Source of the DNA: Lama guanicoe | Lineage: Eukaryota | Length of the DNA stretch: 64,000 nucleotides | Direction of reading: 5' to 3' | NCBI GenBank assembly: GCA_013239625.1 | Contig: MU054323.1 | Coordinates: forward strand, 18,370,819-18,434,818 | Shown: positions 12,590 through 24,782 of the stretch, one piece after another | How positions within the stretch are numbered: position 1 is the first letter of the stretch | Layout of the letters: the number at the start of each line of letters is the position of its first letter | Position numbers and translations under genes: made by a program | Notes under the pieces: generated by a model | The model's input: only the letters and a program-made list of their open reading frames with translations | Database searches by the model: none | Told to the model about the DNA's origin: nothing

Positions 12590-13074
12590 GGTTCCAAAAC
12601 ATAAGATATTATTGAGGCCGTATAGTTTCCCAAATGAATTTTAATGAAATTGTGGCAGGAAAAGAAAAAGAAGAAAAACTTTATGGAGGCTTCTAAATTA
12701 TTTAGTGAAGTTTGCCACTAAAATCTGACTCAAACCATACAGTGATAACCTTCATGTGAAAGGAAAACAACAGTCAGTAAATGTCAAGCATACAAAAAGG
12801 AAAATAAATGAGCTTTATTTAGAGATAAGCAAAGCACCCAAATGCTAGCTCTTGAAGGCTTATCTTTAACATCGTCCATTTTCAATCACTATTCCTATTG
12901 TTGGTTGAAGCATATTGGAACATTAGCTATCTGGGTGGTACCCACTGAGATCAGGGAGTTATCTAAAGATTTTTCCTAGCATCTGTGGGCTTTCTATTGT
13001 TATGAGATAAACAGGTTGAAAGTGACAATGTTCTCAGAGCTGGTCTCTCTGGATATGTCTCTAAAGGACACCTA

Positions 13075-13200
13075 TTCCAGCCACTTACTTTAGAGATCAG
13101 GAAACGGAGGCCTGAAAAGGGTAACTGACTTGTCCAAGGTACTGAAAGTTCATGTGGCGGGACTGGAACTCAGGTCCCTAACTGTCCTCCTCACACACAA
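13075..13200 (-). mobile_element. MIR fragment
   Basis: caggaaacggaggcctgaaaagggtaactgacttgtccaaggtac...ggactggaactcaggtc matches the reverse MIR core. Confidence 0.75.
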
Positions 13201-14169
13201 TCACTGTGCTGGCCTTGTGAATTACAGCTCTCCTCACAGCCAGTTTAAACTGGTGCAGTCTTTCATGGAGGAAGGAAGTCAAGTTCTGAACGTGAATATC
13301 TGGACTTTAATTGCCCACTTACATCTTCAAAGGAATTAGTCCAATTTGCTAAATGAAACAAAATTTTAAGTTCTCCCTTAAAGTATGTATCTCCTTGCCA
13401 AATCTATTGATTGCACAGAGATCACTCGTTTGTACCTTGGAAACCAAACTAATACTTTTGTGTAATAAAAGGAGGGAAAGTTTTCTTGATTTGTAATCAT
13501 TGCTGCACCTCTTCTGTACTCTGACTGAAGTCGTGTGAATCAAATGTCCCAGGGCTCATAATAAAGCCAACTGTGAAACACTGCTCACCTCCAAGTCAAG
13601 AGCCTGGGAAACACATCAACAGGGCTTAATTCAATGCTATCTTATGATGGTTGGGGCTCCAGGGGAAAGAAAGCCCTCATAGTCATAAATTATGACTGGG
13701 AAATGGGTACTCCCAGAGACAGAGGAGTACTTGTTACATAACTCTCGTTAAGGGTTCGTGGTGTGGCAGGCTCTGAGCCGAGTCTCTGGCGGGGCTGAGG
13801 ACTCCCCAGGCTCTTGGAGGCCTCTCAGAGAGTGTGTCATACAGTGATGATGGCTGGAAAATAATCTCACCGTTCAAGAAGTGATTGTTTTGGCCTCCTC
13901 AGCCTTGAGCTTTTGGCACTTGAATGGGACCCAATGTAACACCACAGCTGGGAAATGACATTATATGGGTTGGTTAATAAGAGTTTTTGAATTGAACTTC
14001 ACTGGAGTATTCGAGAAGGAAAACATTCCTGCCATATTCAACAAGTCCCAGAGGAGCTCCCTCTCTGTTCATGTGTTTGCACATGAATGTGCAATATAAA
14101 TACTTTTGGGGGGTATAAACATACAGATACATTAACTATGCAAAGTTGTATAAATCTCTATTACTAGAA

Positions 14170-14225
14170 TAATTCATTCCATAAATATTTATTGAGCACT
14201 TATTAAGTACCAGGCCTGCTGTTCT
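14170..14225 (-). mobile_element. L2 3' terminus
   Basis: attcattccataaatatttattgagcacttattaagtaccaggc. Confidence 0.65.
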
Positions 14226-14273
14226 AATATGTATACATGTATATACCTGCATCACTTTTAAAATAGAGAATAA

Positions 14274-14422
14274 TGGCTTATAATGAAAAAGAATATGAAA
14301 AGGAATATATATATACATGCGTGTAAATGCATCACTGTGCTATACACCAGGAATTAACGCAACATTGTAAACTGATTATACTTCAATAAAAAAATAAATG
14401 AATAAGCTAAAACAATAAAAGA
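14274..14422 (+). mobile_element. LINE-1 3' end fragment
   Basis: tataatgaaaaagaatatg...ctatacaccaggaattaacgcaacattgtaaactgattatacttcaataaaa plus A-rich tail; flanking agagaataa on both sides as a likely TSD. Confidence 0.88.
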
Positions 14423-14675
14423 GAGAGAATAAATTCCTTCCTCAGAGGTGTTAAAGAACACAAGGGTGTGGTCATAAATATTAGTTCCCTTTACATCTCT
14501 TTTCTGCTGTCCCCCAGCTTTGAGATATGAATAACCTTTCCGTCCTTTCAAATTCTGCAGAACACCCTCCACATGGTAGGGGAGGAACGACATGAAAGTG
14601 ATCCATTGTAGGCCCAATTCAGAGCCTGTGGCACCTACGCCGAACCCTCGACTTTTAAAGAAGGACCCTGCGACT

Positions 14676-14733
14676 CTGAGGGTAACTTGTCACCTTTCAT
14701 GTCCCTGAGGGTAACTTGTCGCCTTTCATGTCC
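14676..14733. repeat. 29-bp tandem duplication
   Basis: ctgagggtaacttgtc(a/g)cctttcatgtcc x2, one mismatch. Confidence 0.95.
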
Positions 14734-15072
14734 AGTAAGGACTTTTTCATCATAACCATCGGCAAATTTGTCCAAATCTAGTGAGACTAGACAGACCAAT
14801 CTAGGTATTTTTTCTGATTATGCAATTAGTATATTTATGTAGTTGAATATTTGAGATAAAAGAGATTAAAAAATAAAACGGAAAATAATAAATATGTATA
14901 ATTCTACAGTTCAAGCAATGTTGACTCAACAGTGCATGGTCTGTTTCCTAGTGTTTGACTTTGAGGCAGACTCCCAAGAAATGAACATAATAGGTCTATA
15001 TGTCTCAATTTTGACTACATATATTGTTATATGAAGCAGCAATGCCTTATGACTTTCCTAAGCAGTGAAAAA

Positions 15073-15124
15073 TGTGTGTGTGTGTGTGTGTGTGTGTGTA
15101 TGGGGGTGGGGGAGAGAGAGAGAG
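15073..15124. repeat. Compound microsatellite (TG)13 ... (GA)n
   Basis: Seen directly. Confidence 0.95.
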
Positions 15125-15829
15125 AATGCGTATGAGATTATTTAGGAAAAATAAATCCACTAATTTCACTGCAAGACAGAACTGAACACATCAAAGATGT
15201 TTAAGTAGGCCTGTCTAGTTCTTTGTAAATATCATTTTAGAAAACAAACAAACATAAGGGCAAAAAGCCTACATTTCACTTTGCATCTGCAAATAAAGCA
15301 TATCTCATCAATGGTGAAATTGCTTTGCATAATTTGTGATCTCATTATCATCCTGGACACCCCCTGACATGCTGCCTATGTTTATGTAGTGGCCCCCTGT
15401 GGCATGTGCTCTGAGCAGAAAAGGGTATAATTAGAAATCTCCAACCACTAACAAGAACAATGGTTGCACCCAGCAACTTGACCCTCTCTTTGTGAAGCTC
15501 TCCATAGGAAGCCAAGTGGTGCAGATACCATTTTGAACGTGGAAGGCCTATAAATCACAGGAAAACAGCTGCCACTGGTTCATTGCATCGAGGACCTCTC
15601 TCAACATTTACTCCTCTCAGGAGCCAACCAAGGACCAGAGATTTTAAGATACTGTGCCCGCAGTACTGGAATTGGTACTCAATAATACCACGAGATAGAG
15701 GGATACAACCATAACTTGTGTTGGAAGACTTTCTAGGCTTGTTTAGAAAAAGGAGAGTAAATTTGTGTCTTTGAGAAAAGCTAGTCAGACTAGAAAGAGA
15801 AATCTGAAACGCAGAGTATACTCTAAAAG

Positions 15830-16212
15830 CAAAGCAGAGAAAGGCAAGTATCATATAATATCACTTAGACGTGGAACCTAAGAAAAATGATACAAATTCT
15901 ATTTACAAACCAGAAACAGACTCGCGGACATAGAAAACAAACTATGGTTACCAAAGGGGAAAGGGCGGGGAGGGATAAATTAGGGGTTGGGGATTAACAG
16001 ACACACATTGTTATATATACAATAGATAAACAACAGGGACCTACTGTATAGCACAGGGAACCATATTCAATGTTTTATAACAACATATAGTGGAGAAGAA
16101 TCAGAAAGTAAAATATTTATATGTATGTACAACTGAATTCCTTTGCTGTACATCTGAAACTAATGTTTTAAATCAACTACACTTCAATAAAAAAATAAAA
16201 AAATTTAAAAAA
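15830..16212 (+). mobile_element. LINE-1 3' UTR fragment (cetartiodactyl-type) with poly(A)
   Basis: cagagaaaggcaagtatcatataatatcactta...actatggttaccaaaggggaaaggg...cctactgtatagcacagggaac...aatcaactacacttcaataaaaaa. Confidence 0.92.
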
Positions 16213-17417
16213 GCCAGTCAATTAGAAATACATTTTTATGGATTTTGTGATGCACGTGATATCTGTCAGCTTTTAAAATACCATTACTTTGTGAAGGTTT
16301 CTTATTCTAAATAAATATTCCCATTCATAATTTTTTAAAAGTTAAGCTAATGAGGCGCTGGTCTTTATTCCATGATTATTAAGAATATTTTTCTAAATCT
16401 GGGATCTTTGAGGGCCCAAATCATGTAATTGTGACAAATCACTCATTCATTTCTTCAACAGACAAGGGTACAAGTGCCTACTGAATGTATGTAAGAGAGG
16501 ACTAACGAAATCGAAGACTCACTTCATAGCCCTTAACTTCATAAAGCAGTGTGATGCTTTGGATGTTAGGGAAGCCCCTTAATCTTTAGACTAAACTAAC
16601 TCATTACTTACAGGAGTTATTTTCAGCTCATGAAAAGAAAGTCGGAAAACTTCTCAAGTCTAAATACAGTATTAAAAAAGTAGTGACATCATGGCTTGAG
16701 GGTTGGTTTAGCAGTTTTAGACTAAGAAATCCATTCAAATGGACCTTGGAGACCCAACTTCAGGCTAGGAAAATGAACAAAGGAATGCAGTCTTTCATCA
16801 GCACCATCTATTGTTGAAAGCTATTGCATTTCTCCTTTGTGATGGATTTGCCTATGTGTTTGAAGAGACTCAACAGTGAAAGGCACTAATTCTGCTGCAC
16901 ATTTATAGCAGTCTATTCTCTTTTCCTTATAGATAAAGAATATTCAAGTCGGGGAAGAATTCCACATGAATGCCCTGGTGCCTCCCTCTGATGGTTCTAC
17001 GTGCTGGGTAAACAAACCTTATTTCTAAAACCTCAAGATGAACACGAATCAGGAGCAATGTAAGAAGAAAGTGGTACAAGGGGGACAGTCTGCAGGCAGA
17101 CTGCGACATTTCTGAGTAATTATTGCACACAGAGGGTTCGAGAGCTGGAGGGCCAACTCTCCATCAGCAGCCCCTCTTCCCTGATGCGAAAAATGAACAT
17201 TTGAGTAATTTAATGGAAAGCTGTGAAAATGCAGCTGCCAGTATTACATTCCAATCAGATTGCTTCCTCCAAGCGTTCCTTTGTAGAAATTTTGAAGCCT
17301 TCCAGACCTCCCCACCAGGGGGTTAGAAAGTAAGCAGAAGCTCTGGGTGCTTGGATTTCATGATGGGAGGTGGACCAGAAGAGTCAACAGAGATGAAGGT
17401 GGCCACAGGCTAACCAC

Positions 17418-17560
17418 TGTCATTTATCCAGCACCTACTACGCGAGAGCCTTGTTCTGAGCATTTCACGTCTATGACCTCCTTCAATTTCCCAATAACTC
17501 TAAGGCAACGACAGCCTTTCCTGCCAGCCGATGAAGCCCAGGCTGGGAGCTGTCCAATGA
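17418..17560 (-). mobile_element. MIR
   Basis: catttatccagcacctactacgcgagagccttgttctgagcatttcacg...ttcaatttcccaataactctaagg. Confidence 0.65.
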
Positions 17561-18979
17561 CTTTTCCTGTGTCATCTCGCCCTAAGGGAAGACGTTACTC
17601 TGATTTTTCCACCTCATGTTTTTCCCTGGCAATTGCTGTGCAAGAATGTTGTTTTTGGAGCTCAGTAGGCAAGTGTTGTGCATGATATGAAAAACCAAAA
17701 GAAAAAAAAAATCTGACACAAAGCCCTAGTCAATTTCAGCCTGGCTCTGAATGATTGAGGTCTTTTCCTCATGCTGGATATTTTTAAATGAACAGATGCT
17801 ACCTCAGTTTTCAGCGGGGCTTTGCTCTTTGTGGACTGCCACCCCCAGCCAGCCTGTGGACAAATCAGTAAAGAATCAGTTACACTATGCAGCAGCCACG
17901 GCTGGAGGGTGGGGGCACTCCTGAAATCAGACGTTTCTCACCACCAAGGAGAGATGTCGGAGTCTCAGCATCAGTGTGGGTTTGCTTAACAAAGGAAAGG
18001 AACGTCTGGAGGGTAAGACTCACTGTATTCATCCTCTGGAAAATGTCTGCTGTGTATATTTGCCAAGTGATAAGGAATCTAGTAAATCAAAAACCATTTG
18101 ACAGTGTACAGTGTTCAAAGGTAGCTTCCTGGCTCTTGAGTTCTATAAATGGCCAAGTTAAAATAGAATTGTACAAGCTGAAATGGGCTACGATACACAC
18201 CATATGTTACGGCTGCAACAAAATCAAAAGAAGAGGAATTCAGTATAAATTGAGTGGCATTCTCCCTCAGGCTGACACAGTCTTACGGAAGCGGCACATC
18301 GGATTTCTACCTCTTGCGCTGTTCTGTGTACTGCTCTCTCTCCCTGACATGGCATCATTCTCTTTAATTGGTGGGTCTATACCTGATCCTCCTGATAGCC
18401 CCTTCCAACTCCCAGCACAGGCTAGGTAGATACATTAAGTGTCTGTAAGCTAAGAAATATGTTCAAATCACTTTTTCCCTTGTGACAACATTTACAGTAA
18501 AAGGCCAAACGTCCACCTGGAAGAGCAATGTGCAAATCTAGAGTGGATTAATAGAATCTTCTCAGGACAGTGTAGGAGGACAATTTTGCAACCCTGGAAG
18601 CTGGCAAGGTAAGATTTTTGCACAGTCTGGTTGTACACCCCATGTACCTGTTTGCTTCTGCCTGAAAAAGATCCATTAACATACAGGACCCTCCCCTAAT
18701 TTAGCAGAAGAAACCAAACCAAACCAGACATGACCTTGCATTAATAACTTTCTTTGGTTTCATCTTACTTAAAAAGTTGACTCTTAAAAAAAAATCACTC
18801 CTTCCCCATATTATTTGCTGTTCTCTTGGGATGCATATTGTGATAAATGCATAAAAAGCATGTTTTATCAAATCAAATATTCCCAATTAGATATCACATC
18901 CAGTTTCTAAGCTATAATCACATCTTATATATTATTATATCATAGATAATGTAATTACATATTATGTGTCAGAGAGATT

Positions 18980-19130
18980 TTGAATGCTTTACACGTATTA
19001 CCTTATTTTATTCCACAAAACCAATTTTATGGATGAGGAGACTGATGTTTACAGGGGTCAAGGAACTTGTCCAAGGTTATACAATTAGTAAGTTGCTGAG
19101 CTGGGATCTATAGGTCTTTCTCAGCAGCCT
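18980..19130 (-). mobile_element. MIR
   Basis: ttttatggatgaggagactgatgtttacaggggtcaaggaacttgtccaaggttatacaattagtaagttgctgagctggga. Confidence 0.78.
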
Positions 19131-20686
19131 TATGATTTTAATTATTATGCTCTATGACCTATCTTGCAATAGTTAATAAAACAGTTATTCAATTCATCTC
19201 CCTGAAGAGTTTTCACAGATTTTAAGTGCTTCTTTTCCTGGTTTGGCAATAACTTCATTTTTAAGCCATACACACACAAGTTCAAATGAAGGGGAAAAAA
19301 AGCAACAACTCATGCTCCAGACAGAGACTTTGTAGTTGCCCTTCTTGGTTATGGGTGGTTCCACCCACACTACAAGCACGTGATACACATCCATCGAGAC
19401 TTCGCTTTAGAAACACATCCTGAAGAGGGGAAACTTGAAATATGCAGACTGTGGTCCTGACTCCACCAAAGAATGCCTGCTTTTGTTGGGTTTACCCTGT
19501 AATTATGCAACTTGGGGCCAGAGCCAAACAGGGCAACCGTTTTTCTACTTAGATTTTACTCAGTATGGTTCACTGTAAATGCTTCCAGCCAGTTCCCAAG
19601 GTAGATCTGTTCACTGCAGTTGTTCCTCAAGCCCCTTCAGCAGAACCTCATGTAACAGCCACATAGCCCAGATATTGGGGCTGGTCGGTCGGCTCAGGGG
19701 TCCATCCCTTTGCACATCTGGCCATTCAGATCTGCCCACTGAGCGTGTTGAGTTCCAATACCTTCCTCCAAATAGACTTTGTATTAAAAAATGTTGCTGC
19801 TACCAGGGTGGGGCAAACATAGTCTTAACTCTCAGTGCCTGGCAAAGCCTATAACAGTGTTCTGTTTAAACAAACAAACAAACTAGCATTTTCCATTATT
19901 GCCTTAGATTCTTCCATTTTCCCCCTTTTCTGAAACGTAGTATCTAAAGGGTGGGAAATAGTCACTTAGTGTGAAAACATGTTGCAGTGGAAAGGCCAAA
20001 CATACTTTCTATAGAAGAGAACTTGCCCATCTTCCTGGGCAGAAGTGGGAGTTGGTACCTTAGAATCGACTCTTAACTCAGTTAAAGCTTTGAGCCTTGG
20101 TCACATTTCCAAGAACAGGGCGTTGCTTTCTATAGCACGCCCTGCCCTCTCCAATGGAGTGTGCCACTGTCCCCAGAGAGCATTGCAGGTGTGGGTGAGA
20201 TACACTGCTTAGCTGAGACCCGCCATGGTCCTAATCAGTGAGACTCCAGGTTAGAACAAATCCAGAGAAGGCTTGTTTCACTTCACTTGCCTAGTGACTG
20301 GAAATGCTTAGTTTCAGAATACAGAAGGAGCCTGACCAAAGCAACTTTAGAAAACATCAGAGGGGTGTGTGTGTATATGTTTTTTGGTATATGTGTGTGT
20401 ATATGTGTGTACAGATGGATCTGGGGCATAGGTTTTACTAATGCGATTATTTAAATAAACTCTCTCATATGCTAGAGCACCAGATGGTGTTACAAAAACG
20501 AGGGAAAAATGGCTCAGGGCATTTATGTCACATTAGCTGCACGGGCCTGCATTCAAATGATAAATATTTTAATGGCTCCAGTTTATAGCCCTGCTTAAAA
20601 TTTTTTGTTAGTATGTTAATAGAATCAAATTTACACACAGAATTCTAATAAAAATGTATAAATAATTGGATTTTGTAAGAGAAATG

Positions 20687-20850
20687 GACTTTAGGGATAA
20701 TCTCCAGCCCTCATTTTAAAGGTGAGGTCAAGACAAACCAAAATGCAGAGAAGTTGAGTGACTTGCCAAAGGTCTTACAGGTGATTGAAGGTAGAACTGT
20801 GATTAGAATATAGGTTCTCTGACTCCATGTTCAGTGCTATTTCCACTATC
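20687..20850 (-). mobile_element. MIR/MIR3
   Basis: ccctcattttaaaggtgagg...agagaagttgagtgacttgccaaaggtc...tctctgactccatgttcagtgctatttccact. Confidence 0.75.
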
Positions 20851-22077
20851 ACCTGCAATAGATTTAGCAGCAAAAATAAACATGTCAGCTATGCTCAATT
20901 ATCAATAAAATGTTGCCACAATATTTTGTAAGTGTGTGTTTCCTGACTTCAAATGTGATGGAAAGTAGTAATTCTGACTCCATTAATATAGATTGCTCGA
21001 TTTAAAAAAAAAACTTTTCTCTATTACACCAAAAATATTTATTAAAATTTTAGAAAATCACATTCCAGGGGATAAAGAAACAAAAATTTCAGTTTTTGAC
21101 GACATTAAGATATATTAAGAGAAAAAAATGTTCCATTGTGGATTAAAAATACCAACTATAAAGTGCACTTGTCCATGGTCATTTGAAATTTAAGATTTCC
21201 CTACTGAGATCTTATTGGAGGATGATAATAAAATATGTCAGCTTTTTTCTAGGTTTAATAAATCTCCTTTGACATATAGTCTGGGCATAAATGGATTGAC
21301 ATCTGTAAACGAATTAAGATGATGGCAGGAAGGAAGAAGAACGAAGGTGGGACTACTGGCTACTGAGAGAGGAGTACTAGTTCTAAACTGTAGAACCATA
21401 GGTCATTTGTGGTTTTGAAAGGATTGTATTGTCTATTCATTGTAAAGTATCCTTTGGGTCATAAGCAATTTCAAAATAAACAAACAAAAAATCGACATCC
21501 AATGATGTCTTTTACTTTGATTCCACATCACCAAGGGCAAAATAGATTTTTACTTCTAGGGTCTTCTGGTGAGAAAGAGACTGACTAGCAGAACTTAAGA
21601 TCTGATCATCCTGCCAACTGCCTTAGGATTGTATCCTTGGGTCCTTTGTGTCTGGCTGTGACACTTTCTAGAAAGTGAACGCAGGATGAATACCAGCTTC
21701 CAGAAAACCCCATTGCTTTGGAGATGGAATTAGGGCTCCTTCCAATTTTCTTCATGATGTTCTAAGAAGTTGAATTTTTAAAAAAATAAAACAATGACTG
21801 CTGAAAGAGATCAAGCTAAGAGCTGTTCAACCACACTAAAAACATAAGCTGATCAATTATTTGCTGCTTAACCTCTCAGAGCTGCCCTTAGCGCATTAGA
21901 AATATCTGTTACAATATCTATCAAGGGGAAGATAAGCTTCTTGATCTAATAAATGTCCATCCACTTTGAGAGTAGATTCTCAAAACCTTTTGAAATGAGT
22001 AGGACACTGGTTGTGAAAACTTCAAGTAACTTTACATGGGATAAATGCTAAAAAACAAAACAATGTACACCACTAAT

Positions 22078-22260
22078 CAGTGGTTCTCAAAATTCAGTCT
22101 ATTCATTTGCATAATTCACCATGGTCCATAATATTTTCATAACCCTTTGTGTTTCTCAAATGGCTGGAGAGGCCTGGGCTCTACCCCACCATAGTCTCCG
22201 TGGTGAGAAGGTGAGGAGGTGTTTCTCTCCCTGCCACTCCCACATTATTGAGAAGCACTA
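22078..22260. mobile_element. Non-autonomous hAT-Charlie-type DNA transposon (MITE)
   Basis: Terminal inverted repeats cagtggttctcaa (22078) / ttgagaagcacta (22248-22260), 11/13 complementary. Confidence 0.65.
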
Positions 22261-22899
22261 TTCCAGATGATTCCTTCAAAAATATTCAAGCTTTTAAAAC
22301 TTGGCTTTTAAAAGATTTTTTTATTGAAAGTCAGTGTGAATATTACCATTGTTTTGAATAACGGCAACGCATTTCTCATATTGTAGTAATACATGTTGCC
22401 AAAGAGTCATTTAAATACTGAGAATATTGACAAACTATAATGTATTATGTGGCTCAAAAATGCTTCCTGGTCTTATTATCTATCGAGACCTTATTTAAGA
22501 CAAGGAAGGGTGGAGACCACTGGAAATGACTCATTGATGTTCAATTTGTAGATTTTAGTTGGAAAAAATGTACTTTGATAAGTAGTAATAGTTGTTTCAA
22601 AGAAAGGTGTGGAGGTTCTATTAAGGAATAAATATCCAAATCTGCTGATCTAGTTGGCTATTCTCAAAGCCCTTTGTGTGTGCGTATGTATGTGTGTGTG
22701 TGATATTTTTTAGGTAATTCAAATCAAGCCATTGTTCTGTACCCTAACAACCTACAAAACAATTTCATAACTAAAGCTGTTAGAGGAACATTGTGATGGA
22801 CATTAAAAAATAGTGGCAGAATAAAAATTATCTAGGAATACAGTGAATTATTTCTTAAGGATTACTTATTTAGGGAAAATTACTTTAAATGTGTAAGAA

Positions 22900-23095
22900 A
22901 GGGGATTTTGGAATTAAGCTGAGTGAAAATTCTTGCTTTATCACTAAGGGCCATTCGATAACTTACCTAACAACTCTGAGGTTCAGTTTCTTAATCTAGA
23001 AAATGGGAATAGTATATACATTACAAAGAGATTATAAATACTAACTGGAGGAAACAATCTAAGACTTTGGCAAATAACAGGTGCTCAGTATTACC
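22900..23095 (+). mobile_element. MIR
   Basis: acttacctaacaactctgaggttcagtttcttaatctagaaaatgggaatagta...ggcaaataacaggtgctcagta. Confidence 0.7.
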
Positions 23096-23134
23096 AATGT
23101 CATTAAAATCAGTGATTATTAACTGGCATTTGGC

Positions 23135-23275
23135 AACAAAAATGGTCTGGACAAATTTTCAACATACACATGCCTTGGTCCCACAACTGGAGAATCTAAG
23201 TCCAGAGCGGGACTTGTGTGTTTGGAGAAAGCCCTCCAGAGAATTCTGATGGATGCCTCTTGTTAAGAATGACTG
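23135..23275. mobile_element. MER5-like hAT fragment whose end is the target of the L1 insertions
   Basis: aagccctccagagaattctgatggatgcc...ttaagaatgactg resembles the MER5 end ...ccaggtgattctgatgc...ttgagaaccactg. Confidence 0.5.
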
Positions 23276-23280
23276 ATTCA

Positions 23281-23504
23281 TGTTCTTTTTCATCATAAAT
23301 TAGCACAAAATATTGAATATAGTTTCCTGCACTATACAGTATAAACTTGTTGTTTATCCATTTTATATATATTAGTTAGTATCTGCAAATCTCCAACTCC
23401 CAATTCATGTATGACTGAAGCGTTATGCTAGACACTAGAAATTGACACAACATTGTAAACTGACTATACTTCAATAAAAAAAAATACACATACAAAAAAA
23501 AAAA
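23281..23504 (+). mobile_element. 5'-inverted (twin-primed) LINE-1 3' fragment
   Basis: 23281-23405 is antisense L1 3' UTR; 23406-23504 is the sense terminus plus poly(A); TSD aagaatgactgattca (23265-23280) / aagatgactgatcca (23505-23519). Confidence 0.9.
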
Positions 23505-23516
23505 AAGATGACTGAT

Positions 23517-23773
23517 CCAACAGGGGAAAGGGTGGTGGAGAGATAAATTGAGAGTTTCAGAGTATCAGATACAAACTACTATATATAGAATAAACAATAG
23601 GGTCCTACTGTGTAGCACAGGGGACTATATTCAATAGCTTATAATAACTTATAATGGAAAATAATATAAAAAAGAATCCATATGTGTATGTGTGTGTGTG
23701 TGTATATATATACTGAATCACTATGCTGTACACCAGAAATTAACACAACAGTGTAAATCAACTATACTTCAAT
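23517..23773 (+). mobile_element. 5'-truncated LINE-1 3' UTR without its own poly(A)
   Basis: ccaacaggggaaagggtggtggagagataaattg...gtcctactgtgtagcacagggg...gtaaatcaactatacttcaat followed by non-L1 sequence. Confidence 0.92.
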
Positions 23774-24758
23774 TTTGACTATGGCATTCATGCCCAGATT
23801 CTCTCTCATTCAGGCACGGAATCTTACAATGAAAGGTCTCAGTTTCTCTCCCTATCTCCTTGCCCTTTCAGACCCAGAAGTGGTAACGGGACCGAGGTAT
23901 GGCCAGTCCCAGAGCAATGCACTGATTCGCGTGGTTTTCCACACTCTGCTCACACCCTGATAAATAATCCCATCAAATCCTCCTAATCTGAATGTGTCAT
24001 TAGTTTCCTGCTTCCCTGGCTGACATGGAAGAAATTAATAAATAAATAGTTGAGTATATATGTAAAACTAAACTTCAATATATTAAAAAAAAGAATGACT
24101 GGGCCAGTTAATTTTAATCTTTTCATTAGATGTACTTGTGGAATATGATTTGGTCATCACTGCAGTGATCTGCTAAAGAAATTTCCTTCTAGCCAAGAGT
24201 ACCAGTATGATTTAAATTTCTTCACAGCCCACATTTAATTTGGGGCTTGGGGAAGGATAAATGGAATTTTCCCCAAAGAACTTCATCACAATATAGTTGA
24301 GATAACATAGGTATATTTGTATACAAAAAGTGCCTATGGCTGTTCAGGAGTTCCACTGATTGTATCACAGAACTCAGGGGTTAAAAGTTTGATCTCTAGG
24401 CTTTTTAGCCTTTTCTGCTTTGTGGTCCCTGGTCCCTCAAGCCATCATGAAGACACCAGGCAGGAGTGTGTACAGATCTTTGGAACATACTGAAATTACT
24501 GGGAAGAGTTAAATATTAGCAACAAATGGTTTTATTCAATAATCATTCTAAAGGTTTTTTTTTAAAGAAGCACTTAAAATATTTGATATCTAAATGGGAT
24601 ATTTCTAAAATACTAGGGTTTGAAAATGATTCTCTTTTTAAAATTAAAATAAAAAACTTTAGTAGAAAAACTTTGGTGTGCGAGGTGGATAAGCTTTAGA
24701 CAAAGGAAAAACCAAACCTGCAAGTCAGAGATACAAAAAATATCTACTTCTACCTCAT

Positions 24759-24782
24759 GTTGCCAAGGAGACTGTGTAAACA
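24759..24782. promoter_or_regulatory. Candidate RFX X-box with adjacent forkhead site
   Basis: gttgccaaggagac (24759-24772) then tgtaaaca (24775-24782); motif match only. Confidence 0.35.

Noticed and set aside
14676..14733. CRISPR-like 29-bp repeat
   Set aside because: Two copies with no spacer, in mammalian DNA; a simple tandem duplication
17887..18429. Longest ORF (180 aa, ATG start)
   Set aside because: No recognisable family or motif, composition typical of translated non-coding DNA, and no convincing exon boundaries
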